Shown: piece after piece, positions 29,371 through 39,301 of the stretch
Layout of the letters: every line of letters begins with the position of its first letter
How positions within the stretch are numbered: position 1 is the first letter of the stretch
The notes under the pieces: generated by a model
What the model saw: the letters and a program-made list of their open reading frames with translations, nothing else
What the model was told of the DNA's origin: nothing
Database searches by the model: none
Assembly (NCBI GenBank): GCA_913055675.1
Contig: CAJXKY010000001.1
Location: 11,094-75,093 of the forward strand
Direction of reading: 5' to 3'
Origin: an uncultured Halanaerobiales bacterium
Lineage (GTDB): Bacteria > Bacillota > Halanaerobiia > Halanaerobiales > M55B127
Length of the DNA: 64,000 nucleotides
Program-made: the position numbers and the translations under genes

Positions 29371-29658
29371 GTGAAAGACGATGAAAAGTATAATAAGGCA
29401 AAGGAAAAAGTTAAAGAAATAAAAGATTTTTATTCTCATCTTTTAGTCTATATAGTTGTAAATATTGGTATATTTCTTATAAATTATATTGTTTCACCTG
29501 GTAACTATTGGTTCTATTGGCCATTAATTGGTTGGGGAATTGGATTGGCTGTACATTGGACACAAGTATTTGGAGTTAATAGATTTCTAGGAGAGAGATG
29601 GGAGAAAAAGAAAATCAGAGAGATTATGGATGATTTGGAAGAAGACGAAAATAAATAA
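29371..29658 (+). CDS. 2TM domain-containing protein
   Basis: GTG follows AAAGGAG. Pattern FYSHLLVYIVVN...NYWFYWPLIGWGIGLAVHW matches the 2TM family. Confidence 0.65.
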   Translation: MKDDEKYNKAKEKVKEIKDFYSHLLVYIVVNIGIFLINYIVSPGNYWFYWPLIGWGIGLAVHWTQVFGVNRFLGERWEKKKIREIMDDLEEDENK

Positions 29659-29676
29659 AAGAAAGAAGGAATAAAA

Positions 29677-30756
29677 TTGAAGTACAATAATTATTTAGTT
29701 GTATTGTCGATACTTTTTCTTTTTGTAATATTGTTTACTCCTGTGACTAGTGCTTTGAAAGTAGAAGGTAAGTATCCAATAGAACTCTTTGATGAGTTCT
29801 GGGAGTCCAAACTGACAGAAGAGGAATATAGTATATTAAAAGAAGCAAGTACTGAACCGGCTTTTAATAATAAATATTATCGTAACAAAGAAAAGGGAAT
29901 TTATTCATGTGCAGCGTGTGGGAATTTTCTATTTGATTCAGAGCACAAGTATAGCTCTGGTAGTGGTTGGCCTAGTTTTTATGATGTTTATTCCGATAAT
30001 TCTGTAGTAACTAGAGCAGATGATAGTATGGGAATGAACCGAACCGAGGTTATTTGTTCAAGATGTGGTGGCCATCTCGGTCATTTATTTAGTGATGGGC
30101 CTGAACCGACTGGTTTAAGATACTGTATAAATTCAGCGTCACTGCAGTTTTTAAAAGCTGCTCATTTTGCAAAAGGCTGATTTTGGGGTACCGAGGCCCA
30201 GTTTGGTGCCTTAGATGGAGTAGTTCATACTTATGTAGGTTATGCTGGTGGTACAACTGATAACCCTACCTATAATGAAATCGGAAATCATGCAGAGACA
30301 TTAAAAGTTTTATATGATCCGGAAGTTGTTACCTATGAAGAATTAGTAGATTATTATATTGAAATAACTGAAGTTAATTTTAGACCTACTTCTGGACAAT
30401 ATAGATATATAATATTTTATGATAATGAAAAACAAGAGCAACATATAAAAGAGGTAGAAGAAAAAAGAAGAGAAGCAGAAGAAATATATTTTGATGTAAA
30501 AGAATTAGAAAAATTTTATATAGCAGAAGATTATCATCAAAAATATCAGGTTAGATCAAATAAAAAGCTGTATAATAAGTTAATGGAGATATTTAAAGGT
30601 GAACAGGTATTTATTGATTCTACATTAGCTACAAAATTGAATTCTTACCGTTCAGGATTAATTTCTGATCAAAAGATGAATCAGATAATTGATAATTCTT
30701 ATCTTAGTCCCATTTACCCTCAAAAAATAGAAGAAGTTAAGGATATAATAGAATAA
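29677..30756 (+). CDS. msrBA: fused peptide-methionine sulfoxide reductase MsrB-MsrA with in-frame TGA (candidate selenocysteine) at the MsrA catalytic position; N-terminal signal/anchor
   Basis: The MsrB part has CAACG, CSRCGGHLGH and RYCINS. TGA at 30178-30180 is followed in the same frame by 191 sense codons with MsrA motifs: FWGTEAQF, GYAGGTTDNPTY, HAETLKVLYDP, QYRYIIFY, AEDYHQKY. The context AHFAKG-TGA-FWG corresponds to GCFWG. Confidence 0.75.
30193..30212 (+). promoter_or_regulatory. candidate bacterial SECIS stem-loop
   Basis: GAGGCCCA-GUU-UGG(U)GCCUU forms 8 bp with one bulged U and a G/U-containing apical loop. It starts 12 nt after the UGA. Confidence 0.45.
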
Positions 30757-30803
30757 ATATTAAATAATTCACTTGAATAAAAAGACTTTGGAGGGGTTAA
30801 TAA

Positions 30804-32756
30804 ATGGACAATAATCATAAAGAAATGGTACAAGATTTCAAAAGAAGATTTTTTGTTTCATTAATATTTATGGTTTCCGTCTTAATATTATCACCTATGA
30901 TCCAGTCTTTTATAAATATAGAAATTTCCTTTTATGGCAGTAACTATTTATTGTTTTTCTTATCCACAGTTATCTTTTTCTATGGAGGATGGCCTTTTCT
31001 TAAAGGTTTATATGATGAATTAAGTGATAAAACTCCTGGAATGATGACTCTGATAGCATTAGCAATATCGGTTGCATATATCTATAGTAGTGCAGTTGTA
31101 TTTGGTTTAGAGGGTAGATTTTTCTTCTGGGAACTGGCTACTTTAATAGTAATTATGCTCTTAGGTCACTGGATAGAAATGAGATCAGTAATGAGTGCTT
31201 CTCGAGCACTTGAAGAATTGGCAAAGTTAATGCCGGATAATGCTCATCTAATCGAAGATGATGAAATAGTTGATGTTAAAATAAAAGAACTAGAAGTAGG
31301 AGATATAATATTAGTTCGCCCTGGTGAAAAATTACCTGCTGACGGTGAAATTGTTGACGGAACAAGCTACGTCAATGAATCAATGTTAACAGGAGAATCA
31401 GAACCAGTAGAAAAAAATGTTGGAGATGAAGTAATTGGTGGTTCAATAAATGGTGATAGTTCTATTGAAGTTGAGATCAAAAATGCAGGTGAGGATAGCT
31501 ATCTTTCTCAAGTTATCAATTTAGTCTCAGAAGCTCAAAAAGCTAAATCAAAAACACAGGGTTTAGCTGATAGAGCAGCACTTTATCTAACTATTATTGC
31601 ACTTTCAGTTGGTTTAATAACCTTATTCTCATGGTTAGGTGTGGGAAGAGATCTTGCATTTTCAATTGAAAGAATGGCAACTGTTATGGTTATTACCTGT
31701 CCTCATGCTCTCGGTTTAGCCATACCATTAGTGGTAGCGGTTTCAACTACCATATCTGCTCAGAACGGGCTTTTAATAAGAAATAGAACTGCCTTTGAGA
31801 ACTCAAGAAAAATATCTACAATAGTATTTGATAAAACCGGGACTCTAACAGAAGGAGAATTTGGGGTAAGTGAAATTCAATCTTTTAAGACAGATTATTC
31901 TAAAGATGATATTATTAAATATGCAGCTTCTTTAGAAAGTAATTCAGAACATCCTATAGCAAGAGGCATAGAAAAAAATGCTGAACAAAAGAAAATAGAT
32001 TATTATGATATAAATGGTTTTAGTAATATTCAAGGTAAAGGTGTCCGGGGAAAAATAAACGGGAAAGAATATTTTGTTGTCAGCCCTGGATATTTAGAAG
32101 AAAATAACACGGAAGTTCCCAATGAATTCGAACAAAAAACAGGACCCTTTACAAGAACATTTGTTTTAGAAGAAAATGAAATCATTGGTGCAATAACTTT
32201 ATCAGATAAAATCCGGAAATCTGCAAGAGAAACTGTAGCAAAATTACAGAATAAAGGAATAAAGGTTTGGATGTTAACAGGGGACAATGAACAAACAGCT
32301 AAATATGTAAGTGATGAACTATCTTTAGATGGTTATCTAGCAGAAGTTTTACCACATGAAAAGCAGGAAAAAATAAAAGAATTTAAAGGAAATAAAGAAT
32401 TTGTAGCAATGACAGGGGATGGAGTAAATGATGCACCGGCTTTGGCAAACGCTGATGTTGGGATAGCTATTGGCTCTGGTACTGATGTTGCTGCTGAAAC
32501 TGCTGATATTATATTAGTTGAAAGTGATCCTGCCGATGTATTAACATTAATAGAATTTGGTAAAGCAACTTATCGAAAAATAGTCCAAAATCTATTTTGG
32601 GCTACAGGATATAATGCAATTGCAATTCCATTAGCAGCAGGTGTATTAGCTGGTTATGGAATTATGATATCACCGGCGTTTGGAGCTGTATTGATGTCTT
32701 TAAGTACTGTTATAGTAGCTATTAATGCTAAACTCCTTAAAATCAATAAAAACTAA
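30804..32756 (+). CDS. heavy-metal (copper) P1B-type ATPase, CopB-like (CPH motif), no N-terminal HMA domain
   Basis: TGES, CPH in TM6 ([12 protein letters not shown]), [17 protein letters not shown]. Confidence 0.85.
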   Translation: MDNNHKEMVQDFKRRFFVSLIFMVSVLILSPMIQSFINIEISFYGSNYLLFFLSTVIFFYGGWPFLKGLYDELSDKTPGMMTLIALAISVAYIYSSAVVFGLEGRFFFWELATLIVIMLLGHWIEMRSVMSASRALEELAKLMPDNAHLIEDDEIVDVKIKELEVGDIILVRPGEKLPADGEIVDGTSYVNESMLTGESEPVEKNVGDEVIGGSINGDSSIEVEIKNAGEDSYLSQVINLVSEAQKAKSKTQGLADRAALYLTIIALSVGLITLFSWLGVGRDLAFSIERMATVMVITCPHALGLAIPLVVAVSTTISAQNGLLIRNRTAFENSRKISTIVFDKTGTLTEGEFGVSEIQSFKTDYSKDDIIKYAASLESNSEHPIARGIEKNAEQKKIDYYDINGFSNIQGKGVRGKINGKEYFVVSPGYLEENNTEVPNEFEQKTGPFTRTFVLEENEIIGAITLSDKIRKSARETVAKLQNKGIKVWMLTGDNEQTAKYVSDELSLDGYLAEVLPHEKQEKIKEFKGNKEFVAMTGDGVNDAPALANADVGIAIGSGTDVAAETADIILVESDPADVLTLIEFGKATYRKIVQNLFWATGYNAIAIPLAAGVLAGYGIMISPAFGAVLMSLSTVIVAINAKLLKINKN

Positions 32757-32772
32757 TAAAGGGGAGAATTCT

Positions 32773-33621
32773 ATGAGTGAAATGAGTGTTCCCACTAGAT
32801 TATTAGGAAAAACAGGTGAAGAGGTTTCGATATTAGGCCTTGGTGGTTATCATATAGGAAAGTTAGATAAAGATCAATCAATAAAATTAATCCGAAGTGC
32901 AATAGATGAAGGAATAACTTTTATGGATAACGCCTGGTGTTATCATCAGGGGTTAAGTGAAAAAATAATGGGCGAAGCACTCAAAAATGGTTATAGAGAA
33001 AAAGCCTTTGTCATGACCAAAAATCATGGACGCACAAAAGAAAGATTTAATAAACAACTAGAAGAGAGTTTGCAGAGACTAAACACTGATTATATAGACC
33101 TTTTACAGTTACATGAAATAATCAATTTTGGTGAACCGGCTAAAATAGTAAATGAAGGAGTTTTAGAAGAAGCGTTAAAAGCTAAAGAAGAAGGAAAAAT
33201 AAAATATATAGGATTTACAGGTCACAGGTATCCTCAATTACACCAGGAAATGCTCGATATTGATTTTGATTGGGATACTGTTCAGTTTCCTCTCAATGTA
33301 CTCGATTATCACTACCGTAGTTTCCAAAATCAAATTTTACCCCAAGCTAAAGAAAAAAATATGGGGGTAATTGGGATGAAAAGCCTTGCGGCAGGTCGTA
33401 TTTTCAAAACTGATATTGGTGTAGAAGAAGCTATTAAATATTCTCTTTCAATGCCAATCAGTACATTGGTTAGTGGTATAGACTCCATGGAAGTGCTGGA
33501 ACAAAATTTAGAAATTGTGCGTAATTTTGAACCCTATAGTGATAAAGAGTTAGAAGAATTAAGAAATCGTATGAAAGATGAAGCTTATAAAGGGCAACAT
33601 GAATATTATAAAACCGACTAA
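32773..33621 (+). CDS. aldo/keto reductase
   Basis: ATG follows AGGGGAG. Motifs LGLGGYHIG, FMDNAWCY, IDLLQLHE. Confidence 0.85.
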   Translation: MSEMSVPTRLLGKTGEEVSILGLGGYHIGKLDKDQSIKLIRSAIDEGITFMDNAWCYHQGLSEKIMGEALKNGYREKAFVMTKNHGRTKERFNKQLEESLQRLNTDYIDLLQLHEIINFGEPAKIVNEGVLEEALKAKEEGKIKYIGFTGHRYPQLHQEMLDIDFDWDTVQFPLNVLDYHYRSFQNQILPQAKEKNMGVIGMKSLAAGRIFKTDIGVEEAIKYSLSMPISTLVSGIDSMEVLEQNLEIVRNFEPYSDKELEELRNRMKDEAYKGQHEYYKTD

Positions 33622-33642
33622 AAATTTAAGGAGGTATTATTT

Positions 33643-34104
33643 ATGATTAGAGAAGGAAAAAACCCAAATGGATTTACTTTACCAGACCAAGAAGGAAATG
33701 ATGTTGATATAAGTGAGTACAATGATAGATACAAATTACTTTCTTTTCATCCACTAGCATGGACAAGTGTTTGTGCCAAACAGATGAAAGCACTTGAAGA
33801 ACATTATGATGAATTTGAAGATTTAAATACTGTTCCCTTAGGAATTAGTATTGATCCGGTACCAACCAAGAAGGCATGGGCTGATCATCTTGGACTAAAG
33901 AAATTAAAAATATTATCTGATTTTTATCCGTTGGGATTTGCAGCTAAAATCATGGATGTATTTATAGAATCAAAAGGAATTTCAGGGAGAGCAAATATTT
34001 TACTAGACCCAGAAGGAAATGTTGTTTGGGCGAAAAAATATGATATCCCAGAATTACCTGATATTGAAGGGGTAATTGAGGCAATAAAAAAGGTTCAAAA
34101 ATAA
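33643..34104 (+). CDS. peroxiredoxin (AhpC/TSA-redoxin family)
   Basis: FHPLAWTSVC peroxidatic Cys motif. 153 aa. Confidence 0.8.
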   Translation: MIREGKNPNGFTLPDQEGNDVDISEYNDRYKLLSFHPLAWTSVCAKQMKALEEHYDEFEDLNTVPLGISIDPVPTKKAWADHLGLKKLKILSDFYPLGFAAKIMDVFIESKGISGRANILLDPEGNVVWAKKYDIPELPDIEGVIEAIKKVQK

Positions 34105-34143
34105 TATGAAATAGTTTGGTTAAAAAAGAATATTAAAAGGAAT

Positions 34144-34170
34144 AGAAACCGCCGAGAGGCGGTTTCTTTA
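34144..34170. terminator. bidirectional rho-independent terminator
   Basis: GAAACCGCC-GAGA-GGCGGTTTC between convergent genes. Confidence 0.8.
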
Positions 34171-34180
34171 TTTAAAAGAG

Positions 34181-34759
34181 TTATTTAATTTTAATGAAAT
34201 CTCCAGGTTTAAGTAATCTTGAATCGTAACCTGCTTCTCTTAAAATTTTATTTAGTTCCATTGCTTCATTAACGTTTTCTTCATCTTTAGAATTGAAATG
34301 ATAAGGAACTACTATTCCTGGTTTTATATCTTTAACTCGGTTCAAATATTCATTGAAAAAGTCTTTAAAGCTTGCAGTAAACATTAATTTAACGTCTTCT
34401 TTAGGTTTGGGATAATCAGCAGAATCTGCAGTATGATAAATACCTTTGTAAAAATAACAGACAGATTCTTCGGAGTTATAACAATTACATTCCATTACTT
34501 GGATTTCACTTTTAATAGTTTCTCCACTTTCAATAACTTCACCTTCAACATCAAAGTTATCAAAAAATGATTGAGGACCATATATTGTTGCTTTAGGATA
34601 TTTCTCCGTAACTTTCATATCAAAATGATCATCATGTTCATGTGTTACTAAAATTATATCAGGAGTAGTTTCAGGTTTAGATTCATAATTAGGGTCAATT
34701 AAGATGTTTAAATCGTCTTCTATTTCTATACAAGCTTCTCCTAACCATCTTACTTTCAT
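34181..34759 (-). CDS. MBL-fold metallo-hydrolase
   Basis: HEHDDH motif. ATG lies 8 nt after AAGGAG on the minus strand. Confidence 0.75.
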   Translation of the reverse strand: MKVRWLGEACIEIEDDLNILIDPNYESKPETTPDIILVTHEHDDHFDMKVTEKYPKATIYGPQSFFDNFDVEGEVIESGETIKSEIQVMECNCYNSEESVCYFYKGIYHTADSADYPKPKEDVKLMFTASFKDFFNEYLNRVKDIKPGIVVPYHFNSKDEENVNEAMELNKILREAGYDSRLLKPGDFIKIK

Positions 34760-34930
34760 ATATATCACTCCTTCTGTTTTTTTATATTATAGATAAAAGT
34801 CCAAAACCCTTTTTTAAGGGTTTTTAATGTAAATTAGTTGGGAAAAATTGAAATAATTATATGAACTCGATATAATATTAACAGTAATTAAAATACAATA
34901 TAATAATAAATTTATAAGGAGTTGGAGAAA

Positions 34931-35845
34931 ATGAAAAAGAGCACCATTTTAATTTTAAGTTTTTTGTTAATTAGTTCACTAATTATATTTCATCCAGGGG
35001 GTAGTGTTTTAGCAGAGGTTTTTTCCTTAAAAATAGGAATAATGCCTGCTGTTGATTCAGCACCGATATTATTAGCTCAAGAAAGAGGATATTATGCTGA
35101 TGAAAATTTAGAGATGCAGATAGATATTTATACTAATGCTGTAAATCGTCAGAGTGCTTTACAAACTGGAGAACTTGATGGGGCTATGACTGACTTGATT
35201 GCTTTTATTAATAATGTTCATAATGGATTCCCTATAAAGATAACTACTAGCACAGATGGTAGTTTTCCGTTTTTAGTGAAAAAGGACTTTGAAGAAAAAG
35301 AAAAGATTGATATTGGAATGATGGAAATAAGTGTATCAAATTTTCTTAGCGAACAATTTTTATCAGATAAATATGATTTAAATAAAATATATATTTCAGC
35401 CATACCAGCTCGTTTGGAAATGGTTAAGTCTGGAAAATTGGATAAGGCTATTATTCCTGAACCTTTAGCTTCAATGGGGGAACTAGCAGGATTAGAAAAA
35501 AGAGTTTATGACAACGAGTATGATTTTACTCCTGAGGCAATGATCTTTACTGAAAAAGCTATTGAAAATAAGGCTGAAGCTCTCAAAAGATTTCATAAAG
35601 CATATAATAGGGCTGTTAAAGATATACAGGAGGATGATAGTTTAGCTCGAGATATTTTAATTAATAAATTAAAGTTGAAACCAGAAATAAAAGAATTAAT
35701 AACTTTACCAGAGTATCATTTGGCTAGAGTACCTTCAGAGTCATACTTAAAAGTGGTTATCAATTGGGTTGAAAATAAACAGAACATAGATGTAGAAATT
35801 TCTTATCAAGATATGATAGAGGGGAAATTTATAGAAAATGATTAA
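34931..35845 (+). CDS. ABC transporter substrate-binding protein, NMT1/THI5-SsuA-like, with signal peptide
   Basis: Signal peptide, then KIGIMPAVDSAPILLAQERGYY, typical of the NMT1/aliphatic-sulfonate SBP family. Confidence 0.75.
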   Translation: MKKSTILILSFLLISSLIIFHPGGSVLAEVFSLKIGIMPAVDSAPILLAQERGYYADENLEMQIDIYTNAVNRQSALQTGELDGAMTDLIAFINNVHNGFPIKITTSTDGSFPFLVKKDFEEKEKIDIGMMEISVSNFLSEQFLSDKYDLNKIYISAIPARLEMVKSGKLDKAIIPEPLASMGELAGLEKRVYDNEYDFTPEAMIFTEKAIENKAEALKRFHKAYNRAVKDIQEDDSLARDILINKLKLKPEIKELITLPEYHLARVPSESYLKVVINWVENKQNIDVEISYQDMIEGKFIEND

Positions 35846-36572
35846 AGTTTCAAATTTAGATTTTTCTTATCAAAATGAAAAAGTAGTAGAAAACATTAAC
35901 TTTTCCATTAAAGAGGGAAAAAGCCTTGCCATAATTGGACCATCAGGCTGTGGTAAATCCACCTTAATATATTTACTAGCCGGTTTATTAAAACCAGACG
36001 AAGGTGTTATTAAAATAAATGGCAATATAATTAATAATATCAGAAAAAAAACAGGAGTAATTTTGCAAAATTATGGTCTTTTCCCTTGGAAAACAGTTTT
36101 TGATAATGTTGCTTTAGGACTTAAAGTTAGAGACTATGATAAAAATAAAATAGATGATATGGTCAAAAATGCTTTGGAAAAAATGGGGATAAGTGAATTA
36201 CATAATAAGTTTCCTGCAGAGTTAAGTGGAGGACAAAATCAAAGAGTAGCAATTGCCCGTTCACTTGTTTTAAACCCGGATTTATTATTAATGGACGAGC
36301 CATTTTCTGCCCTTGATGCTCTTACAAGGGAAGAAATGCAGAATTTAATTCTGAAAATACATAAGGAAAACAATTTATCTTACTTAATAGTAACCCATAA
36401 TATAGATGAAGCAGTATTTTTAGGTCAAGAAATTGCAGTTATGAAAGAAGGGAAGTTTATTCATATGATAGACAACCCTTATTTTGGAGATATAAAGTTA
36501 CGGGAAAAAGAAGAGTTTTTTGAGTTATGTAAAGAACTGAGAGTTATGATGTCTGAGGATGATTTATTGTGA
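35838..36572 (+). CDS. ABC transporter ATP-binding protein (SsuB/TauB-like)
   Basis: GPSGCGKST, LSGGQNQR, LLLMDEP. Confidence 0.9.
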   Translation: MIKVSNLDFSYQNEKVVENINFSIKEGKSLAIIGPSGCGKSTLIYLLAGLLKPDEGVIKINGNIINNIRKKTGVILQNYGLFPWKTVFDNVALGLKVRDYDKNKIDDMVKNALEKMGISELHNKFPAELSGGQNQRVAIARSLVLNPDLLLMDEPFSALDALTREEMQNLILKIHKENNLSYLIVTHNIDEAVFLGQEIAVMKEGKFIHMIDNPYFGDIKLREKEEFFELCKELRVMMSEDDLL

Positions 36573-37339
36573 TCAAAAGAAGCCGCTTAAATACTCTTTA
36601 TGGTGCAATCTTTATAATAGCGATTTGGTGGTTAATGCATTTGTTTTATAGTTCTAGTGTTATTCCTTCACCATATATAGTTATAATAAATTTTTTCAAT
36701 AAATTACTGCCTGTATTAATACCACATATAGCAATGAGTTTATACCGAATTATAACAGCGGTATTGTTGGCCGTAATTGTAGGAATCTCTATTGGTTTAT
36801 TAACTGGAGTTAATGAAAAAGTGGATCAATTTTTTTCACCAGTGATTTATCTATTATATCCTATTCCCAAGATTGCCTTTTTACCGTTATTTATGTTGTT
36901 ATTTGGTTTAGGTAATAGTTCTAAAATCATTTTAATTATGGTGATAGTAATCTTTCAAATAATTGTTACCACTAGAGATAGTGTTAAAAATATTAATCCA
37001 GAATATTTCTATTCAGCCAGATCCGTAGGAGTTAAAGGTTGGAAAATATATCGGCATGTAATATTCCCAGCAATATTACCACAGATATTAACAGCTCTAA
37101 GAATAACTGTAGGAACCAGCATTGCAGTTTTGTTTTATGCAGAAAATTTTGCTACTCAATATGGAATAGGATATTATATCATGAATAGCTGGATAATGGT
37201 TAATTATGTTGATATGTTTACCGGCATATTAGCGATAAGTATTTTAGGTTTATTAATTTTCCAGGTTATTGATTTATTAGAAGAAAAGTATTGTCACTGG
37301 GTTAAGGTTGGTAATCAAGAAGAAAGAGAAATTCGGTGA
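36569..37339 (+). CDS. ABC transporter permease (SsuC/TauC-like)
   Basis: BPD-transporter EAA-like loop (SARSVGVKGWKIYRHVIFPAILP). Six TM helices. Confidence 0.85.
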   Translation: MIKRSRLNTLYGAIFIIAIWWLMHLFYSSSVIPSPYIVIINFFNKLLPVLIPHIAMSLYRIITAVLLAVIVGISIGLLTGVNEKVDQFFSPVIYLLYPIPKIAFLPLFMLLFGLGNSSKIILIMVIVIFQIIVTTRDSVKNINPEYFYSARSVGVKGWKIYRHVIFPAILPQILTALRITVGTSIAVLFYAENFATQYGIGYYIMNSWIMVNYVDMFTGILAISILGLLIFQVIDLLEEKYCHWVKVGNQEEREIR

Positions 37340-37343
37340 TCTT

Positions 37344-38234
37344 TCAATTTAAAAATAAAGTAATAATTTGAATAAAACCAAAACTTAAATGCAGTTGATT
37401 TGTAATTGGTACTCCAGTATTATTAGCTTCAGCTACATTATTGTAAGCTTTAACAGCAAGAGGAAGCGTAATAAATACTAATAAACTTGATAGAGGAAAT
37501 TGATTAAAAATAACGAATATTAATGTTAGAAGGTAAGATGTGATTATTAGAAAGAGATATAATATTTTCCCGCTGTGGAAGCCTAATCTGACAGTTAATG
37601 TTTTAATATTTAACTTTTGGTCTCTATTGTAATCACGAAGTTCATTGCTTAGCATTAATACTGGGATAAGAAGACTTACCGGGAGGCTAAATAGTATTGG
37701 TTTATAAGAAAAATAACCAGTAAAAACTAAATAACTACCAGTTACCATTAATGGTCCCATTAATATAAAAGAAAGTGGGGTTCCTAAACCTCTTTTTTTA
37801 TAAACAATTGGTTCACCAGTATAGGAATAACCGCCTATAATGCCTAAAATTCCAATAATTAATAATTTAGGTGTGCTGAGATAAATCAAAGCAAGCCCAA
37901 TTAGCCCTGTAATACCAAAACATAATATTCCCAGGCAGAATATTAGGATATGAAACCAATTTCTTTTTTTACCTAAAAAACTATAATTTTTTCCATTAAA
38001 GTGAAGGTTTTTGTATTCACATTCGAAATAATCGTTAATAAAATTAGTCGCAGTTTGAACAAAGAGACCTGCTATAGTTATTAAAATAATTAATATTAAA
38101 TTCTCTTTATTTAAAGTTAGATTAAGTTCTCTATTTGCGATAACAATCCCCAGTGTAGTTGAATAGAGAGCTAAAGATAAAGATAGTGGGCGGGAGGCTT
38201 TCCAGATTTCTTTTAAAATTTTGGATATTTTCAT
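37344..38234 (-). CDS. UbiA-family prenyltransferase (MenA-like)
   Basis: Polytopic membrane protein with NFINDYFE and SNELRDYNRD Asp-rich motifs. Confidence 0.7.
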   Translation of the reverse strand: MKISKILKEIWKASRPLSLSLALYSTTLGIVIANRELNLTLNKENLILIILITIAGLFVQTATNFINDYFECEYKNLHFNGKNYSFLGKKRNWFHILIFCLGILCFGITGLIGLALIYLSTPKLLIIGILGIIGGYSYTGEPIVYKKRGLGTPLSFILMGPLMVTGSYLVFTGYFSYKPILFSLPVSLLIPVLMLSNELRDYNRDQKLNIKTLTVRLGFHSGKILYLFLIITSYLLTLIFVIFNQFPLSSLLVFITLPLAVKAYNNVAEANNTGVPITNQLHLSFGFIQIITLFLN

Positions 38235-38347
38235 TATTTTCACCTAAATATTATGATATTTTTCACATAAACTATAAATTATTATTACATAGAAAAAAAT
38301 AATGTTCAATAAAAAAAATAATTTTTTTAATAGAAGGGGGTTTAAAA

Positions 38348-39007
38348 ATGAGTGATTATGAAGAAGAAGTAATAGAAATTATAAAAGATGGACCCTATAT
38401 AGCATATAATGTAAAAATAATGACAGATAAAGACGGGAATAAAATAGATACTTCACCTAGAATGGTGTTATGTAGATGCGGTCATTCTGATGATAAACCA
38501 TTTTGTGATGGTACTCATGCTGAGATTGATTTCAATGATGATAAAAAGGAAGACCGGGTTCCAGATAAAGTAATAGCTTATGAAGGTGATAACATAACTA
38601 TCTATGATAATAGGGGAGTATGCAGCCATATTGGATATTGTACTGGTTTGCTTCCTGAGGTTTTTGATAAAACAAGATTCAAATGGATTAAACCTAATGC
38701 GGCAGATACTAAGGATATAATAAAAGTGTGTGAACTATGTCCTTCAGGTGCTTTAAGTTATAGTTTGCCCGGTGGAGAAAGAGTTCAAAAACCAGTTAAA
38801 CACAAGAAAAAAATAAAAGTATCCCCTAACCCATATGGTGACAATGGACCTTATGATGTATTTGGAGGGATTAAATTAATATCGAAAGAAGGATATTCTC
38901 CTGAATGTGAAGAACACTATTCACTTTGTCGTTGTGGTTCTTCTAAAAACATGCCTTTTTGTGATGGAAGTCATAGAGATCAAATCGAATTTAATAATAA
39001 TAAATAA
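38348..39007 (+). CDS. CDGSH iron-sulfur domain protein (two CDGSH motifs flanking a Cys-rich middle domain)
   Basis: CRCGHSDDKPFCDGTH and CRCGSSKNMPFCDGSH. Confidence 0.85.
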   Translation: MSDYEEEVIEIIKDGPYIAYNVKIMTDKDGNKIDTSPRMVLCRCGHSDDKPFCDGTHAEIDFNDDKKEDRVPDKVIAYEGDNITIYDNRGVCSHIGYCTGLLPEVFDKTRFKWIKPNAADTKDIIKVCELCPSGALSYSLPGGERVQKPVKHKKKIKVSPNPYGDNGPYDVFGGIKLISKEGYSPECEEHYSLCRCGSSKNMPFCDGSHRDQIEFNNNK

Positions 39008-39104
39008 ATATAATTATTGATCTCAAATTATTTTGTATAATTTTTACAAACTAATAGTATTAAACTTTACAAGTTTAGACAATAATGATAATATAAATAC
39101 AAAT

Positions 39105-39275
39105 AATAAATAAACTAACGGGGATTGGTGAAATTCCATACCGGTGGTAGAGTCCACAAGCTAATTTAATTAGTTGAACTGGTTAAATTCCAGTACCGAC
39201 AGTATAGTCTGGAAGGGAGTTAGATAATATATTCATGTAATTATAATCCCTTCCTTACGGAGGGATTTTTTATTT
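39105..39275 (+). promoter_or_regulatory. FMN riboswitch (RFN element) with terminator expression platform
   Basis: Conserved blocks GGGATTGGTGAAATTCCATACCGGTGGTA, GGTTAAATTCCAGTACCGACAGTATAGTCTGGAAGGGAG, then AATCCCTTCC-TTAC-GGAGGGATTTTTT. Lies upstream of ribD. Confidence 0.9.
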
Positions 39276-39301
39276 CGGTACATAATTTTGGAGGTATTTA
39301 A

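Noticed and set aside
34769-34930. TPP riboswitch upstream of the NMT1/THI5-like ABC importer (ThiXYZ-like)
   Set aside because: There is no CUGAGA / ACCUGAUCUGGAUAAUGCCAGCG-type conserved core in the leader. Substrate assignment to HMP/thiamine is therefore unsupported.
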